Shown here: positions 36,681 through 47,518 of the stretch, piece after piece
How positions within the stretch are numbered: position 1 is the stretch's first letter
Layout: each line of letters opens with the position of its first letter
NCBI GenBank assembly: GCA_019923655.1
Contig: JAHXGL010000002.1
Location: 2,933-66,932, forward strand
Length of the DNA: 64,000 nt
Source: Candidatus Nealsonbacteria bacterium
Lineage (GTDB): Bacteria > Patescibacteriota > Minisyncoccia > Minisyncoccales > RBG-13-42-11
Direction: 5' to 3'
Program-made: the position numbers and the translations under genes
The notes under the pieces: model-generated
The model's input: the letters and a program-made list of their open reading frames with translations, nothing else
Database searches by the model: none
What the model was told of the DNA's origin: nothing

Positions 36681-36807
36681 GCTAAAAATCCTCCGAAAGC
36701 TATTTTGAAGATTTGTTGCCTCGCTTAAAATTAAAACCTGTAAACAACACTGCTGATTCTTACATATAATTATAACAAACTAAATAATCCTGTCAAATCC
36801 GTTGTGC

Positions 36808-39252
36808 CTAAGCATCAAGTTTGCGGGAAAGCATTTTTATTGTTTTAATAATTGTATCAGGATTCAAAGAAATTGTTTCAATTCCTTGTTTGACTAAAAA
36901 TTCGGCAAAGTCTGGAAAATCGCTTGGACCCTGGCCGCAAATTCCGCAATATTTATTTTTTTGACGGCAGATTTTTATAACTTTTGCAATCATTCTTTTT
37001 ACCGCTTCATTTTTTTCATTTCCAATATGGGCAATTCTGGCATTATCACGGTCAAGAGCCAAAACCATTTGCGTTAAATCATTACTGCCAATTGACATCC
37101 CATCAAAAATTTCTAAAAACTCTTCAGCTAAAATTACATTTGACGGAACTTCACACATCACAATCACTTTCAAACCATCTTTGCCTTTTTCAAGTCCCTG
37201 TTCTTTCATTAAAGCCAATACTTTTTTACCCTCTTCTACTGTTCGGCAAATAGGAATCATGGCCCAAATATTTTTTAAACCAAAGACCTCTCTTGTTCTT
37301 TTTAGCGCTTGACACTCCATCTCAAAAGCCGGCTTGAATTCTTTATCATAATATCTTGAAGCGCCCCGCCAGCCAAGCATTGGATTTTCCTCTTCTGGCT
37401 CAAAAAGTTTGCCGCCAACTAAATTGCGATATTCATTTGTCTTAAAATCAGATAAACGGACAATAACTGGTTTCGGATAAAACGCGGCCGCAATTTGGGC
37501 AATACCTTCAGCTAATTCTCTAATAAAAAACTCTTTCTTGTCCTGATGCTCAATCGTAATCTCATCAATTTGCTTCTTCAGCTTTTTGTCTTTTAGTTTT
37601 TCGTAATAACAAAGCGCTAATGGATGAACTCTGATTTTTTCAGTCAAAATAAATTCTATTCGCGCCAACCCCACTCCATCATTTGGTAAAAACGATGTCT
37701 TAAAAGCAATATCAGGAGCGCCAAGATTAATCATAATCTTTGTCTTTAATTTTGGCACTTTTTTTAAATTATGCCTTTTAACTTCAAAAGGGATTTCGCC
37801 TACCAAAATTCTGCCCTTTGATCCCTGAGTGCAATCAACAGTTACTATTTGATTATTTTTTAAAATTTTACACGCTTCTCGGACTCCAACAATACAAGGA
37901 ATTCCCAATTCCCGGGAAACAATAGCGGCATGAGCTGTCCTGCCTCCTTCATCGGTAATAATAGCGGAAGCAATCCGCATTGCCGGCAGCCAGTCAGGGT
38001 CTGTCATTTTTGTTACCAAAACTTCTCCTTTTTGAAATTGAACAATTTTTGAAACATCAGAAATTATTCTTACCCTGCCTTTGCCAATTTTATCTCCAAT
38101 AGCAATTCCTGTTAAAATCGGTTTTTTAGTTGTCTTTATATTATATTCTTCGTAAAAATTTCCTTTCTTAGAGCTATGAACTGTTTCAGGCCGGGATTGA
38201 ACAATAAATAATTGGCCTGTTTTGCCGTCTTTTGCCCATTCAATGTCCTGAGGCGCTTTATAATGTTCTTCAATCAAGCAAGACCATTTAGCTAATAATA
38301 AAACCTCTTCATCAGTCAAAGAAAATTTTAGTTGTTTTTTAGGAGATACTAATACTTGTTTTAATCCGTGTTTTTTATCATAAACATATTTCTTTGTCTT
38401 TCTACCTAAGTTTTTAATAATTATTGCTTGATATCCTTGTTTTAGGGTTGGTTTGAATACATAAAAATTATCAGGAGTAATCAATCCTTTAACAATCATC
38501 TCGCCTACCCCCCAAACAGAATTAATAACTACTGTGTCTGAAAAACCGCTTTCAGTATCTATGGTAAAAATTACTCCCGAGCAAGCTAAATCACTTCTAA
38601 CCATTTTTTGAACTCCAATAGAAAGAGCAAATTCTAAATGAGAAAATCCTTTGGTCTCCCGATAAGCAATCACTCTATCGGTAAAAGTAGAGGCAAGACA
38701 CTTTTTAACTGCTTTTAATAATTCATTTTCTCCTCTAATATTTAAAAATGTTTCAAACTGGCCGGCAAAGGAATCAGTGGGCGCGTCTTCAGCCACGCCA
38801 GAAGACCTTATTGCGACATCGGTATTTTGTTGATTATATTTTTTACTCAAAATTTGATATGCCTCAATTATTTCTCTCTTTAGGTCTTCAGGAAATTCAG
38901 CTTTTAAGATTGTCTGCCGCGCTTTTCTGCCGGTTTCCTGTAAATTCTTAATGCTCTCCGGGTCAAATCCATTAAATATCTCTTTTAATTTCTGGCCGAG
39001 ATTATTTTCTTTTAGAAAATACCAGTAAGCATCGGTCGTTAAAGCAAAACCATCAGGGACATTTATTTCATACTCATTGCGCCCTATTTTTGAGTCCTGC
39101 TTGGTCTTACCGGGAATAGGGGCGGGAAGAATTCTCTGATTAGTAAGCTTAACAAACATTTCCCCAAGCGAAGCATTCTTCCCTCCAACCAAAGGAACAT
39201 CTTTTTTAGAAATTTCTTTAAACTCAAGAATATATTTTTGTTTTTTATTCAT
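36808..39252 (-). CDS. ppsA: phosphoenolpyruvate synthase (pyruvate, water dikinase)
   Basis: N-terminal ATP-grasp, phosphohistidine domain GGRTAHAAIVSRELGIPCIVG, C-terminal PEP-utilising TIM barrel; 814 aa. Confidence 0.85.
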   Translation of the reverse strand: MNKKQKYILEFKEISKKDVPLVGGKNASLGEMFVKLTNQRILPAPIPGKTKQDSKIGRNEYEINVPDGFALTTDAYWYFLKENNLGQKLKEIFNGFDPESIKNLQETGRKARQTILKAEFPEDLKREIIEAYQILSKKYNQQNTDVAIRSSGVAEDAPTDSFAGQFETFLNIRGENELLKAVKKCLASTFTDRVIAYRETKGFSHLEFALSIGVQKMVRSDLACSGVIFTIDTESGFSDTVVINSVWGVGEMIVKGLITPDNFYVFKPTLKQGYQAIIIKNLGRKTKKYVYDKKHGLKQVLVSPKKQLKFSLTDEEVLLLAKWSCLIEEHYKAPQDIEWAKDGKTGQLFIVQSRPETVHSSKKGNFYEEYNIKTTKKPILTGIAIGDKIGKGRVRIISDVSKIVQFQKGEVLVTKMTDPDWLPAMRIASAIITDEGGRTAHAAIVSRELGIPCIVGVREACKILKNNQIVTVDCTQGSKGRILVGEIPFEVKRHNLKKVPKLKTKIMINLGAPDIAFKTSFLPNDGVGLARIEFILTEKIRVHPLALCYYEKLKDKKLKKQIDEITIEHQDKKEFFIRELAEGIAQIAAAFYPKPVIVRLSDFKTNEYRNLVGGKLFEPEEENPMLGWRGASRYYDKEFKPAFEMECQALKRTREVFGLKNIWAMIPICRTVEEGKKVLALMKEQGLEKGKDGLKVIVMCEVPSNVILAEEFLEIFDGMSIGSNDLTQMVLALDRDNARIAHIGNEKNEAVKRMIAKVIKICRQKNKYCGICGQGPSDFPDFAEFLVKQGIETISLNPDTIIKTIKMLSRKLDA

Positions 39253-39263
39253 AGTTATGATAT

Positions 39264-40493
39264 TTATACAATATATTTCTGAAGAATGTTTGGAATTTTA
39301 ATACTTCCATCTTTTTGCTGATAGTTTTCAATAATAGCGATTAAAGACCTGGGAATGGCAAAAACGGTTCCGTTTAAGGTGTGAACAAATTCTAATTTTT
39401 TGGTTTTAGAATCGCGATAGCGAATGCTTAAACGTCTTGCCTGAAAATCAGTGCAATTTGAAGTAGAGTGGGTCTCTCGATAAATGCCTTGTCCGGGCAT
39501 CCAGGTTTCAATATCATAAGTGCTGGCAGAGGGCCTTCCAATATCTCCGGTACAAAGATGAACCACTCTATATGGAAGCTCTAAGTCATTCATTAATTTT
39601 TTCTCTATGTCCAATAAATGCTTGTGCTCTTTTTTTGAATCTTCTGGTTTGCAAAAAACAAACATTTCTATTTTATCAAACTGATGAACCCTTAAAATGC
39701 CCTTGGTGTCTTTGCCAGAAGCGCCTGCTTCCCGCCGAAAACAAGTGGAGAAGCCAACATATCTTTTAGGTAATTCTTTCTCTTTGAAAATTTCATCAGC
39801 ATGCAGAACTCCTATTGACTGCTCGGAAGTGCCAACTAAATATAAATCATCTTGCGGTAAATAATATGCCTCTTCTTTATCTGCTTGTTCCAAATAACCC
39901 ATTCCTTTAGCTGCGTCCGCTTTCAGCATTACCGGTGGAATTATTGGTATAAATCCCTGTTTTGACAAAGTATCAAAGGCAAAGTTTATTAAAGCGAATT
40001 CTATTAGGACAGCATCATTTTTCAAATAACCAAACCGGGTACCAGAAACTTTAGCCGCTCTTTTAACATCTATTAAATCCAATTTAGTCGCGATTTCCAA
40101 ATAATCTTTTGGCTTGAAATCAAATTTTGGTTTTACGCCTATCTCCTCTAAAATTAGATTGTCTTTTTCATCTTTTCCAGCCGGCACTTCATCCAAAGGC
40201 AAATTAGGAATCTGAAGCATTAAAGCGTTAAAATCTTTTTTAGTTTTTTCTAATTTTGGTTCTATTTTTTTAATCTCTTTTTTTATTTTTTTTGCCTCCT
40301 GAATCTCGTCTTTTCCTAATTTGCGTTGTTTTGCTTTCAAACTTTCTACTCTTTGCAGATATTCTTTTTTCTTTTTATCAAAATCCAAAAGCTTGTCAAT
40401 ATCAACTTCAACCTGCTTTTTTTTACAACCCTGTTTCACCTTATCCGGATAATTTCTTATGAATTTTATATCAAGCATAGAACAAGGCAACAA
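39264..40493 (-). CDS. serS: serine--tRNA ligase
   Basis: class II motifs FRREAGASGKDTKGILRVHQF, GSGLAVGR-type; likely start at the internal Met (MLDIKFIRNYP). Confidence 0.9.
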   Translation of the reverse strand: MLPCSMLDIKFIRNYPDKVKQGCKKKQVEVDIDKLLDFDKKKKEYLQRVESLKAKQRKLGKDEIQEAKKIKKEIKKIEPKLEKTKKDFNALMLQIPNLPLDEVPAGKDEKDNLILEEIGVKPKFDFKPKDYLEIATKLDLIDVKRAAKVSGTRFGYLKNDAVLIEFALINFAFDTLSKQGFIPIIPPVMLKADAAKGMGYLEQADKEEAYYLPQDDLYLVGTSEQSIGVLHADEIFKEKELPKRYVGFSTCFRREAGASGKDTKGILRVHQFDKIEMFVFCKPEDSKKEHKHLLDIEKKLMNDLELPYRVVHLCTGDIGRPSASTYDIETWMPGQGIYRETHSTSNCTDFQARRLSIRYRDSKTKKLEFVHTLNGTVFAIPRSLIAIIENYQQKDGSIKIPNILQKYIV

Positions 40494-40513
40494 GGAGACT
40501 TCGTTGCCGAGCG

Positions 40514-41977
40514 TTATTTTTCTTTTGGCCGCATTGTTGGAAATAATATTACTTCTCTTAAGCTGTGAGAATCAGTCAATAAGGCTACCAATCTATCTAT
40601 TCCCATGCCGAAACCGGTAGCCGGCGGCATACCATATTCTAAGGCTTCTAAAAAGTCTTCATCCATTCTTTGAGCTTCTTCTAATCCTGATTTAAAAAAT
40701 TTCTCTTGTTCCTTAAATCTTTTTCTTTGTTCAATTGGATCATTAAGCTCTGAAAAAGCATTGCCCAGCTCGCAGCCAGCAACCACTAATTGAAAGTTAG
40801 CTAATTTCCCGGGATTGCGTTCAAGCTGTTTGGCTAATGGCTGAAAACCTATTGGATGATGAATTATAAAAGTAGGTTCCCAAATTTTTGGACGACAAAA
40901 TTTTTTATAAATCTCGTCAGCAATTTCTGTTTTTCCTTCTCCTTTTTTAATCTTCACGCCCATTTGGCGCGCCTCTTTTTTAAGGGCAGTTAAATGAATC
41001 TCTTCAAAATTAATTTTTGTATATTTTTTAAGTCCTTGCGTAAATTCAATTCTTTGCCAGGGAGTTTTGAAATCAATCTCTTTTCCTTGATATTCAATCT
41101 TTAAGCCGCCAAACACTTTCTTTAATAAATTTTCAAACATCTGTTCCGCTAATCTCATCATATCTTTGTAGTCGGCAAAAGCCCAATAAAAATCAAGCAT
41201 TGTAAACTCTGGGTTGTGAAATCTGTCCATACCTTCGTTTCTAAACATTCTGCCGATTTCATAAACTTTTTCAAAACCGCCAACTAAAAGCCGTTTTAAG
41301 TAAAGCTCGTGAGCAATTCTAAGATATAAATTAATGTTAAGAGTGTTTAACCGGGTTTTGAATGGCTTGGCTTTTGTCCCTCCGTAAATTGGCTGTAAAA
41401 CAGGAGTTTCCACCTCTAAAAATCCTTGGTCTTTCAAAAAAGCTCCTATTTCTTGAATAATTTTTGAACGAATTTCAAATTTCTTTTTTGCGTCTTTGTT
41501 AAAAATTAAATCCAGATATCGCTTCCGATACCTTTCTTCAATATCTTTTAAGCCATGCCATTTGGTCGGCAAAGGCAAAAGGGCTTTTGCCAGCATTTTA
41601 TAATCTGCCGCTTCAATTGTCTTTTCTCCTTTTTTGGTCTTAAACAAAATTCCTCTTATTTCAATAAAATCGCCGATATCAAAATTACCTAAGAAAAAAT
41701 TATAATTCTTTTCTCCCAATCTATTCTTTCTAAAATAGGCCTGAATTAATCCTTTGCCATCTTCAATGTCCAAAAAAACTGAACCGCCGTGTTCTCTTAA
41801 AGACCTAATTCTACCGACTAAAACTATTTCTTTTTTCGCCGAGGCTAATTTATTAAAATTTTTAAGGGCTTCTATTATCTTGTGAGTCCTTTTAGTTTCC
41901 TCGGGATAGGGTAAAACCCCGGCTCTCTTAATCGCTTCTAATTTTTTAAGCCGTATTTTTCTTAATTCGCTGGTCAT
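40514..41977 (-). CDS. lysS: lysine--tRNA ligase (class II)
   Basis: MFRNEGMDRFHNPEFTMLDFYWAF motif 2 region and anticodon-binding OB fold. Confidence 0.9.
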   Translation of the reverse strand: MTSELRKIRLKKLEAIKRAGVLPYPEETKRTHKIIEALKNFNKLASAKKEIVLVGRIRSLREHGGSVFLDIEDGKGLIQAYFRKNRLGEKNYNFFLGNFDIGDFIEIRGILFKTKKGEKTIEAADYKMLAKALLPLPTKWHGLKDIEERYRKRYLDLIFNKDAKKKFEIRSKIIQEIGAFLKDQGFLEVETPVLQPIYGGTKAKPFKTRLNTLNINLYLRIAHELYLKRLLVGGFEKVYEIGRMFRNEGMDRFHNPEFTMLDFYWAFADYKDMMRLAEQMFENLLKKVFGGLKIEYQGKEIDFKTPWQRIEFTQGLKKYTKINFEEIHLTALKKEARQMGVKIKKGEGKTEIADEIYKKFCRPKIWEPTFIIHHPIGFQPLAKQLERNPGKLANFQLVVAGCELGNAFSELNDPIEQRKRFKEQEKFFKSGLEEAQRMDEDFLEALEYGMPPATGFGMGIDRLVALLTDSHSLREVILFPTMRPKEK

Positions 41978-42038
41978 AATCTTATTTTAGCTTATTTTTC
42001 TTCTAAAGTATAGTTGCCGTAGCGAAACAAATGTTTTT

Positions 42039-43982
42039 TTATTGATTGTCTTGAAAGAAATCTTTCAAAACATTTTTAGCAACAATGTTGGTTGGAGCCT
42101 GAAATCCTTTTAAATTTTCAATAAGAACAGTAAGAACAATTTGAGGGTCGTCATAAGGGGCAAAAACAGTAATCCAATTGTGATAAAATCCTGTTCGCGG
42201 TGTTTCCGCGGTGCCGGTTTTGGCTGCTGCTTTAACCGGAAGACGATTCAATATAGTTGCTGTTCCGTCAACTACTGTTTGCCTCATTCCCTGTCTGACA
42301 ACTTCAAGGTTTTCCAAAGAGATAAAATCTTCCCTAATAATCTCTGGGTCTTTGATTATGATTTCTTCAAGGTTGTTTGGGTTTTTGATAATTTTCTGAA
42401 CAACCTTTGGCCTTAAAAGTTTTCCTCTGTTGGCAATCGGCGCAAAAGAAGCAGCTACCTGAAGGGGGGTAATTTGAATATATCCCTGGCCAATAGACAA
42501 ATGATAAGTATTGCCAAGATGCCAGGGCTCTTTGATTGTTCTTTTTTTCCATTCCGGACAGGGAATTAAGCCGGCTGTTTCACCAACAAGATCAATCCGG
42601 GTTTCTTGCCCCCAGCCAAACCGTTCAAGATATTCTTTAATCCTTTTCACGCCCAAACCTTCCAGTTCTCTATATCCTCCGCCTAATTTATAGAAAAAAA
42701 CATTTACTGAATCAGCAATCGCTTTTCTAATATCTGTCCAGCCATGGAATTTCCAGTCCCGATATTGAAAAGTAATCTCTGGTCTGTATCTGTGTCTAAT
42801 TTCAATATATTTAGGAGCAAAAATTTCCTTTTCCGGAGAAATTAAACCCTGTTCCAAAAAGGCCGCTGCCAACAAAGGCTTAACAATAGAACCAACCGGA
42901 TATGTTCCGGAGATTGGCCGATTTAACAAGGGGGCTAAAGGATCATTTTTAATCGTTTCCCATTCAGCCCGAGAAATATCCCCGGCAAAAAGATTATTGT
43001 CAAATTTAGGAATACTTACCAGGGCTAAAACTCCGCCGGTGTTCGGGTCAAGAGCAACAGCGCTCGCTTTCTGAACCCCTCGCTCTTTAAGGATAGTTTC
43101 TAATTCTTCTGTAATCTTTCTCTGAAGACGACTGTCAAGATGAAGAACTAAACTTCTGCCTTGTTCCGGCGCTAAAATTTTAGTTTCTGATTTTTTAATT
43201 CCAAAAACATCTCTTTTAATCTGTTTTTTTCCGGGCTGACCGCGTAAAATTTCTTCATAAAATCCTTCCAACCCCTTTCGTCCAATACGATCATCTATTG
43301 CGTATGAATAATTCTTTAAGCCAATCAAATCTTCCCTGGTTATTCTTCCCATATGACCAATCAAATGGCTAAAAATCGGTCCGTCTAAATAGTATCTCTT
43401 GGTATTTTCTTCAACTTGAAAACCAGGAAGTTCTCTGATTTTGGCTTTTAATAAAACTAATGTTTGACGGTCAATGTCTCTTTTAATCAAAATCCTAATC
43501 AAATCCTGGTCTTGGGCAATTCTGTTTTTCAAAGCTCCTGACTCTTCTCCGATAATTTGAGAAATCTCTTTTACAACCTTCATTTGTTCTTTTTCTGTCA
43601 AAGGAAAATTACGACGGTCAAGAATTAAGTCAAAACTGGCCTTGTTCCAAACTAATTGGTTCAGCGATTGGTCATAAATTACTCCCCGCTCCGGCCGAAT
43701 AACCAAAGTTTTTATTCGGTTCTGCTCTGCCAATATTAAAAAATTATCCCCCTCAATAACCTGTAAATAAAAAGTTTTACCAAAAAGGAATAAAATTAAA
43801 ACCGCTAAAATTAGATAAAAACCCTTGAAAATTTTTTTTGACAATGGAACTTCAAATTTATTCTCCGAACTGCCTGTTTCTTGTTCTTTTTTCTGGGCAA
43901 GTTTGTCCAAAAAAACTTCTTCAAGCTGAATGTCGCTCTTAAAAAAAAGTTCTACCTTTTTATTTCTAAGATATCTGTCCAT
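42039..43982 (-). CDS. mrdA: penicillin-binding protein 2 (elongation-specific transpeptidase)
   Basis: SIVK (SxxK), SxN and KTGTA motifs; adjacent to mreCD. Confidence 0.8.
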   Translation of the reverse strand: MDRYLRNKKVELFFKSDIQLEEVFLDKLAQKKEQETGSSENKFEVPLSKKIFKGFYLILAVLILFLFGKTFYLQVIEGDNFLILAEQNRIKTLVIRPERGVIYDQSLNQLVWNKASFDLILDRRNFPLTEKEQMKVVKEISQIIGEESGALKNRIAQDQDLIRILIKRDIDRQTLVLLKAKIRELPGFQVEENTKRYYLDGPIFSHLIGHMGRITREDLIGLKNYSYAIDDRIGRKGLEGFYEEILRGQPGKKQIKRDVFGIKKSETKILAPEQGRSLVLHLDSRLQRKITEELETILKERGVQKASAVALDPNTGGVLALVSIPKFDNNLFAGDISRAEWETIKNDPLAPLLNRPISGTYPVGSIVKPLLAAAFLEQGLISPEKEIFAPKYIEIRHRYRPEITFQYRDWKFHGWTDIRKAIADSVNVFFYKLGGGYRELEGLGVKRIKEYLERFGWGQETRIDLVGETAGLIPCPEWKKRTIKEPWHLGNTYHLSIGQGYIQITPLQVAASFAPIANRGKLLRPKVVQKIIKNPNNLEEIIIKDPEIIREDFISLENLEVVRQGMRQTVVDGTATILNRLPVKAAAKTGTAETPRTGFYHNWITVFAPYDDPQIVLTVLIENLKGFQAPTNIVAKNVLKDFFQDNQ

Positions 43983-44012
43983 TGATAATTATCTAATTAA
44001 TTTTAGCAATTT

Positions 44013-44345
44013 TTAATTTAGAATCAAGTTTATTGCGCTCTTTCGCAGTCCAAAAACGGGACGAAGATATTTTTTTAAGATTTTAACAGCAATTACTATT
44101 CCGATTAAAATCAAGATATTCCAGCCAATAAAATTCTGAGAAAAAACATCTAAGAAAAACCCGGCGATAAAAGCGCTAAAAAAGCCTAAATTATCTTTTG
44201 CCTTTTCTTTGATAACAATGACCACTACTGAAATCAGGACAAAATTTGGAATTAAATTAAATATATTAAAATGGACTAAAAAACTATTCTGAAATAAAGT
44301 TAGAAAATAGAAAAAAAGGCAGAGAATTAAAATTTTTTTGAACAT
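44013..44345 (-). CDS. mreD: rod shape-determining protein MreD-like small membrane protein
   Basis: 110-aa polytopic membrane protein directly downstream of mreC. Confidence 0.5.
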   Translation of the reverse strand: MFKKILILCLFFYFLTLFQNSFLVHFNIFNLIPNFVLISVVVIVIKEKAKDNLGFFSAFIAGFFLDVFSQNFIGWNILILIGIVIAVKILKKYLRPVFGLRKSAINLILN

Positions 44346-44348
44346 TTT

Positions 44349-45137
44349 CTATTGCGAAATAACAAAAACTGCTTTTATTTTTTCCAGGTTAAAAATCGGC
44401 TTAACTCTAATTTGCTGGAAATGGCCAATGCCCGGTTCAATTTCAATAACCTGGCCAACTAAAAGTCCTTTGGGAAAAACCCGATCAAGAACAGTAGTCA
44501 CTATTAAATCGCCTTGATTAACTTGTTCCTGATGGGGAATAAAACCAAGCGCCATCTGAAGATTTCCCCTGCCTTCAATAGTTCCTAAAATATCTTTTTC
44601 GGAAATTTTGGCTGGAAAAACTTTGTCTTTATTAGAAATTAAAATTACTCTTGAAAAATTTCTATAAACCTGGCTGATTTTCCCGACAAGAACTTTTTCT
44701 TGAGTAATTACCGACATCCCCTTCTCTAATCCATGTTTAAATCCTTTGTTAATTAAAATAGAATCTTGAAATATGTCTTTGCTTACCACCCAGGCAAAAA
44801 TTAATTCAAATTCTTGTTGAAGTCCAATATTCAAAGCCTCTCGTAAAATCTCATTCTCTTTTTTTAGTTCTCTTAAAAGAGCGATCCTGGCTAACAATTC
44901 CTGTCTTCCGAGTTCAAGTTCTCTGTTCTTTTGTTCCAATTCTCTTATTTCAGCAATAGTTTCAAAAAAATCCGCAACATTAATTCCGGCCTGCCATAAA
45001 GTTTTCTGTATTGGCGCGGAAATGAAATAAAAGAAATTTTTAACTTCATTGGCAAAATTAGATAAATTTAAAACCGTAAAAAACGCAATTATCAAAACAA
45101 TGATTATGCTAATTTTAATTTTAGACGGCGCTTTCAT
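44349..45137 (-). CDS. mreC: rod shape-determining protein MreC
   Basis: N-terminal TM, coiled coil (ELLARIALLRELKKENEILREAL), C-terminal beta domain. Confidence 0.7.
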   Translation of the reverse strand: MKAPSKIKISIIIVLIIAFFTVLNLSNFANEVKNFFYFISAPIQKTLWQAGINVADFFETIAEIRELEQKNRELELGRQELLARIALLRELKKENEILREALNIGLQQEFELIFAWVVSKDIFQDSILINKGFKHGLEKGMSVITQEKVLVGKISQVYRNFSRVILISNKDKVFPAKISEKDILGTIEGRGNLQMALGFIPHQEQVNQGDLIVTTVLDRVFPKGLLVGQVIEIEPGIGHFQQIRVKPIFNLEKIKAVFVISQ

Positions 45138-45981
45138 ATCTTATGATTCTTTTTTCTATTATAAAAATAATAAGAAACCCAAAGCCAGCCGAAATTAAAA
45201 CAAGTAAAATCTGGCTATTGGCATTGATTATTTCTTGATACGAAAGCCGCAAAGCGCCTAACATCATTCCAATAAGGAAATAGATAGTTGGCGCTCGGTA
45301 TTTATTCAACAGATAATTTATCGCTCTGGAAAAAAACAAAACGGATATTAGTCCGCCGATGCAAAATATAAAAATTTCCAAGAATCGCAGTTCTCTCAAT
45401 ACTCCGAGCAGATATTCATATTGATTTAACAAAAGCAGAACAAAGGCGCCGGAAATTCCAGGCAATATCGTTGCGCAAACAGCCACGACCCCGGAGAGGA
45501 AAACAATAAATAAAGAATGTCCAAACCGCAACTCAGGCATTCCGACAAATAAAAAAGCAAGCAAGAATCCAATAATTGAAAACAGAATATTTTTAGCCAA
45601 AACGCAGCGCTCTTTTATATATAGTAGAATCGCTGAAGCAAGAATTAAGCCAAAAAAGAACCCGTGTGTAAGGGCGGTAAAATTTTGCAGAAAAAAATAG
45701 ATTACATCAGCCATAACTAAAATCGCCAAGCCAATGCCTAAAAACAGAGGGATAAATAATTCAAAATCTATATTTTTAAAATTTTTACATCCTTTTTTGA
45801 AATCGCCTTTCAGAAAATAAAAAACAAACTTAAAATCTATCCTGCTTAGAGAATCAATTATCCTTTTATAAATGCCGAGAATTAAAGCCATTGTGCCGGC
45901 AGAAACACCGGGAATTACACCGGCAATCCCCATAATCAGTCCTTTTAAGAATATGGTAAAATTCTTTTTTAGCGGCGCCAT
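45121..45981 (-). CDS. DUF368 family membrane protein
   Basis: duplicated IPGVSAGTMALILGIY / ILPGISGAFVLLLLNQY motifs characteristic of DUF368. Confidence 0.6.
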   Translation of the reverse strand: MAPLKKNFTIFLKGLIMGIAGVIPGVSAGTMALILGIYKRIIDSLSRIDFKFVFYFLKGDFKKGCKNFKNIDFELFIPLFLGIGLAILVMADVIYFFLQNFTALTHGFFFGLILASAILLYIKERCVLAKNILFSIIGFLLAFLFVGMPELRFGHSLFIVFLSGVVAVCATILPGISGAFVLLLLNQYEYLLGVLRELRFLEIFIFCIGGLISVLFFSRAINYLLNKYRAPTIYFLIGMMLGALRLSYQEIINANSQILLVLISAGFGFLIIFIIEKRIIRYESAV

Positions 45982-46050
45982 ATTGTTTTTATTTTAACAG
46001 TTACTGAATAAAAATAAACCCCGCGTCAACGGAGTGTGAGATTATAAACA

Positions 46051-46167
46051 CTGTAGGGGGGCTATCTACTTTCGCGCAAAATAGCACTATCATCAACCTC
46101 GGGAGATTTCACTTCTGTGTTCGGTATGGAAACAGGTGGAGCACTCCCAGTATAACCCCCTTACAGT
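46051..46167 (-). rRNA. rrf: 5S ribosomal RNA
   Basis: reverse complement contains CCACCTGTTTCCATACCGAACACAGAAGTGAAA (loop C/helix III consensus), and the terminal helix CTGTAAGGGGG/CCCCCCTACAG closes it. Confidence 0.8.
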
Positions 46168-46352
46168 ATCTATAATCTTTATGATTTTTGTTTTGACGCG
46201 GGATATAAAGCTTTTAACGATTATTAATTGCTAGCCAAAAAATTGCTGATGATTTATTAGTACTGCTCGGCTTAACCCATTACTGAGCTTACACCTACAG
46301 CCTATCAAGGTCGTCATCTTCGACCAATCTAAGAGTCCTAATCTTGGAGCCT

Positions 46353-46383
<31 letters not shown>

Positions 46384-46572
46384 AGTTCCCGACTTAGCTA
46401 CCCAGCAATGCTCCTGGCGGAACAGCTGGTACACCAGAGGTCGATTCAGCCTGATCCTCTCGTACAAAGGCCAACCCTCCTCAAGACTCAAACGCCTGCG
46501 GTAGATAGAGACCAACCTGTCTCACGACGGTTTGAACCCAGCTCACGTACCACTTTAATTGGCGAACAGCCA

Positions 46573-46615
<43 letters not shown>

Positions 46616-46622
46616 CACTAAA

Positions 46623-47518
46623 TTTCTATTATTACTAATAGCGTAGACTATACCTTTATCTAGAACATCCATTCTAGACACCAACGTTTTATAGTACTTA
46701 ACGCACTATCTTCATCCCGCGTAATGCGGAAATCTAGTCGTTACGGGGTCGCGAAAACCTATTTTATACATCATCGAAGGGATGATGTATGGACGTATGA
46801 CATTGGTTAATTTTTTCGTTTCTTCTTGGTTACAATACATCCTGTATCCTTTATCGCGATCGCGATAATATCGGATCTGAATGTTGAAAATGTTCTCGAA
46901 ACATTTTTGCAGAAAAATTATTTCTGGCAAAGAAAAAGAATAAGTGCTTATGTCAATTTTGCCTTTGGAATATGAACCGTCGTCCATAATCCAGACGGCT
47001 AAAGCGAAAGGGGTTAATTCTTTTCCGATTTCAAATGGAATAATCTTCCTTCCATTTTTATAACCTTCTCTCTTGTAGAATTTTTTGTAGATTTCAGTAA
47101 ACAACGGGTGTCTTATCGTTCTGAACCACCATGATTTTTCATATTTATTGCCTTTTTCATCATATCTGTAACTCATTTTAGGCTCAGTAAATACAAACGG
47201 TTTTAGTATTTGATATTTCCAATCAACATACTTTTTTTGAACTAACCCGTGATCTACTTTGAAATTGACATTTTGAGCTCCTTTGCCCAAACGCATCGTT
47301 CCATCGCCAAGAAGAGATCCAATGATTAATGATCTCTGTTTCGAATTTAACCTCAGAGATTTTTTAATCAGAATCCACTTTTTGTGCCAATGTTTATTTT
47401 CGCAACTTCCCACGGTGTTGACCATATATTTAGCTAATTATAGCAAATTTACTGGGTCTTTATAAATATATGGCTTTCTCCGTTATGAGTTGGTTTATCC
47501 TCGACATTCGGCTACTTT
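46623..47518 (-). mobile_element. group I intron (inferred) in 23S domain V, between CACCTCGAT and GTCGGCTC (E. coli ~2500 region), carrying a LAGLIDADG ORF
   Basis: exon sequence is contiguous with E. coli 23S when 46623-47518 is removed. Confidence 0.65.
46712..47425 (-). CDS. LAGLIDADG homing endonuclease (double-motif)
   Basis: motifs LIIGSLLGDGTM and LAVWIMDDGS. Confidence 0.85.
   Translation of the reverse strand: MVNTVGSCENKHWHKKWILIKKSLRLNSKQRSLIIGSLLGDGTMRLGKGAQNVNFKVDHGLVQKKYVDWKYQILKPFVFTEPKMSYRYDEKGNKYEKSWWFRTIRHPLFTEIYKKFYKREGYKNGRKIIPFEIGKELTPFALAVWIMDDGSYSKGKIDISTYSFSLPEIIFLQKCFENIFNIQIRYYRDRDKGYRMYCNQEETKKLTNVIRPYIIPSMMYKIGFRDPVTTRFPHYAG

Noticed and set aside
1946-42693. 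Numerous 60-160-aa ORFs antisense to or overlapping annotated genes (for example 1946-2197, 2459-2659, 4460-4642, 6962-7291, 8035-8331, 8411-8743, 8561-8797, 10402-10701, 14113-14379, 18734-19009, 18774-18962, 24130-24714, 27085-27480, 29563-30045, 31132-31368, 32174-32419, 42141-42416)
   Set aside because: They lie on the opposite strand or in an alternate frame of well-supported conserved genes. Several are translations of the palindromic repeats, and none has recognisable domains.
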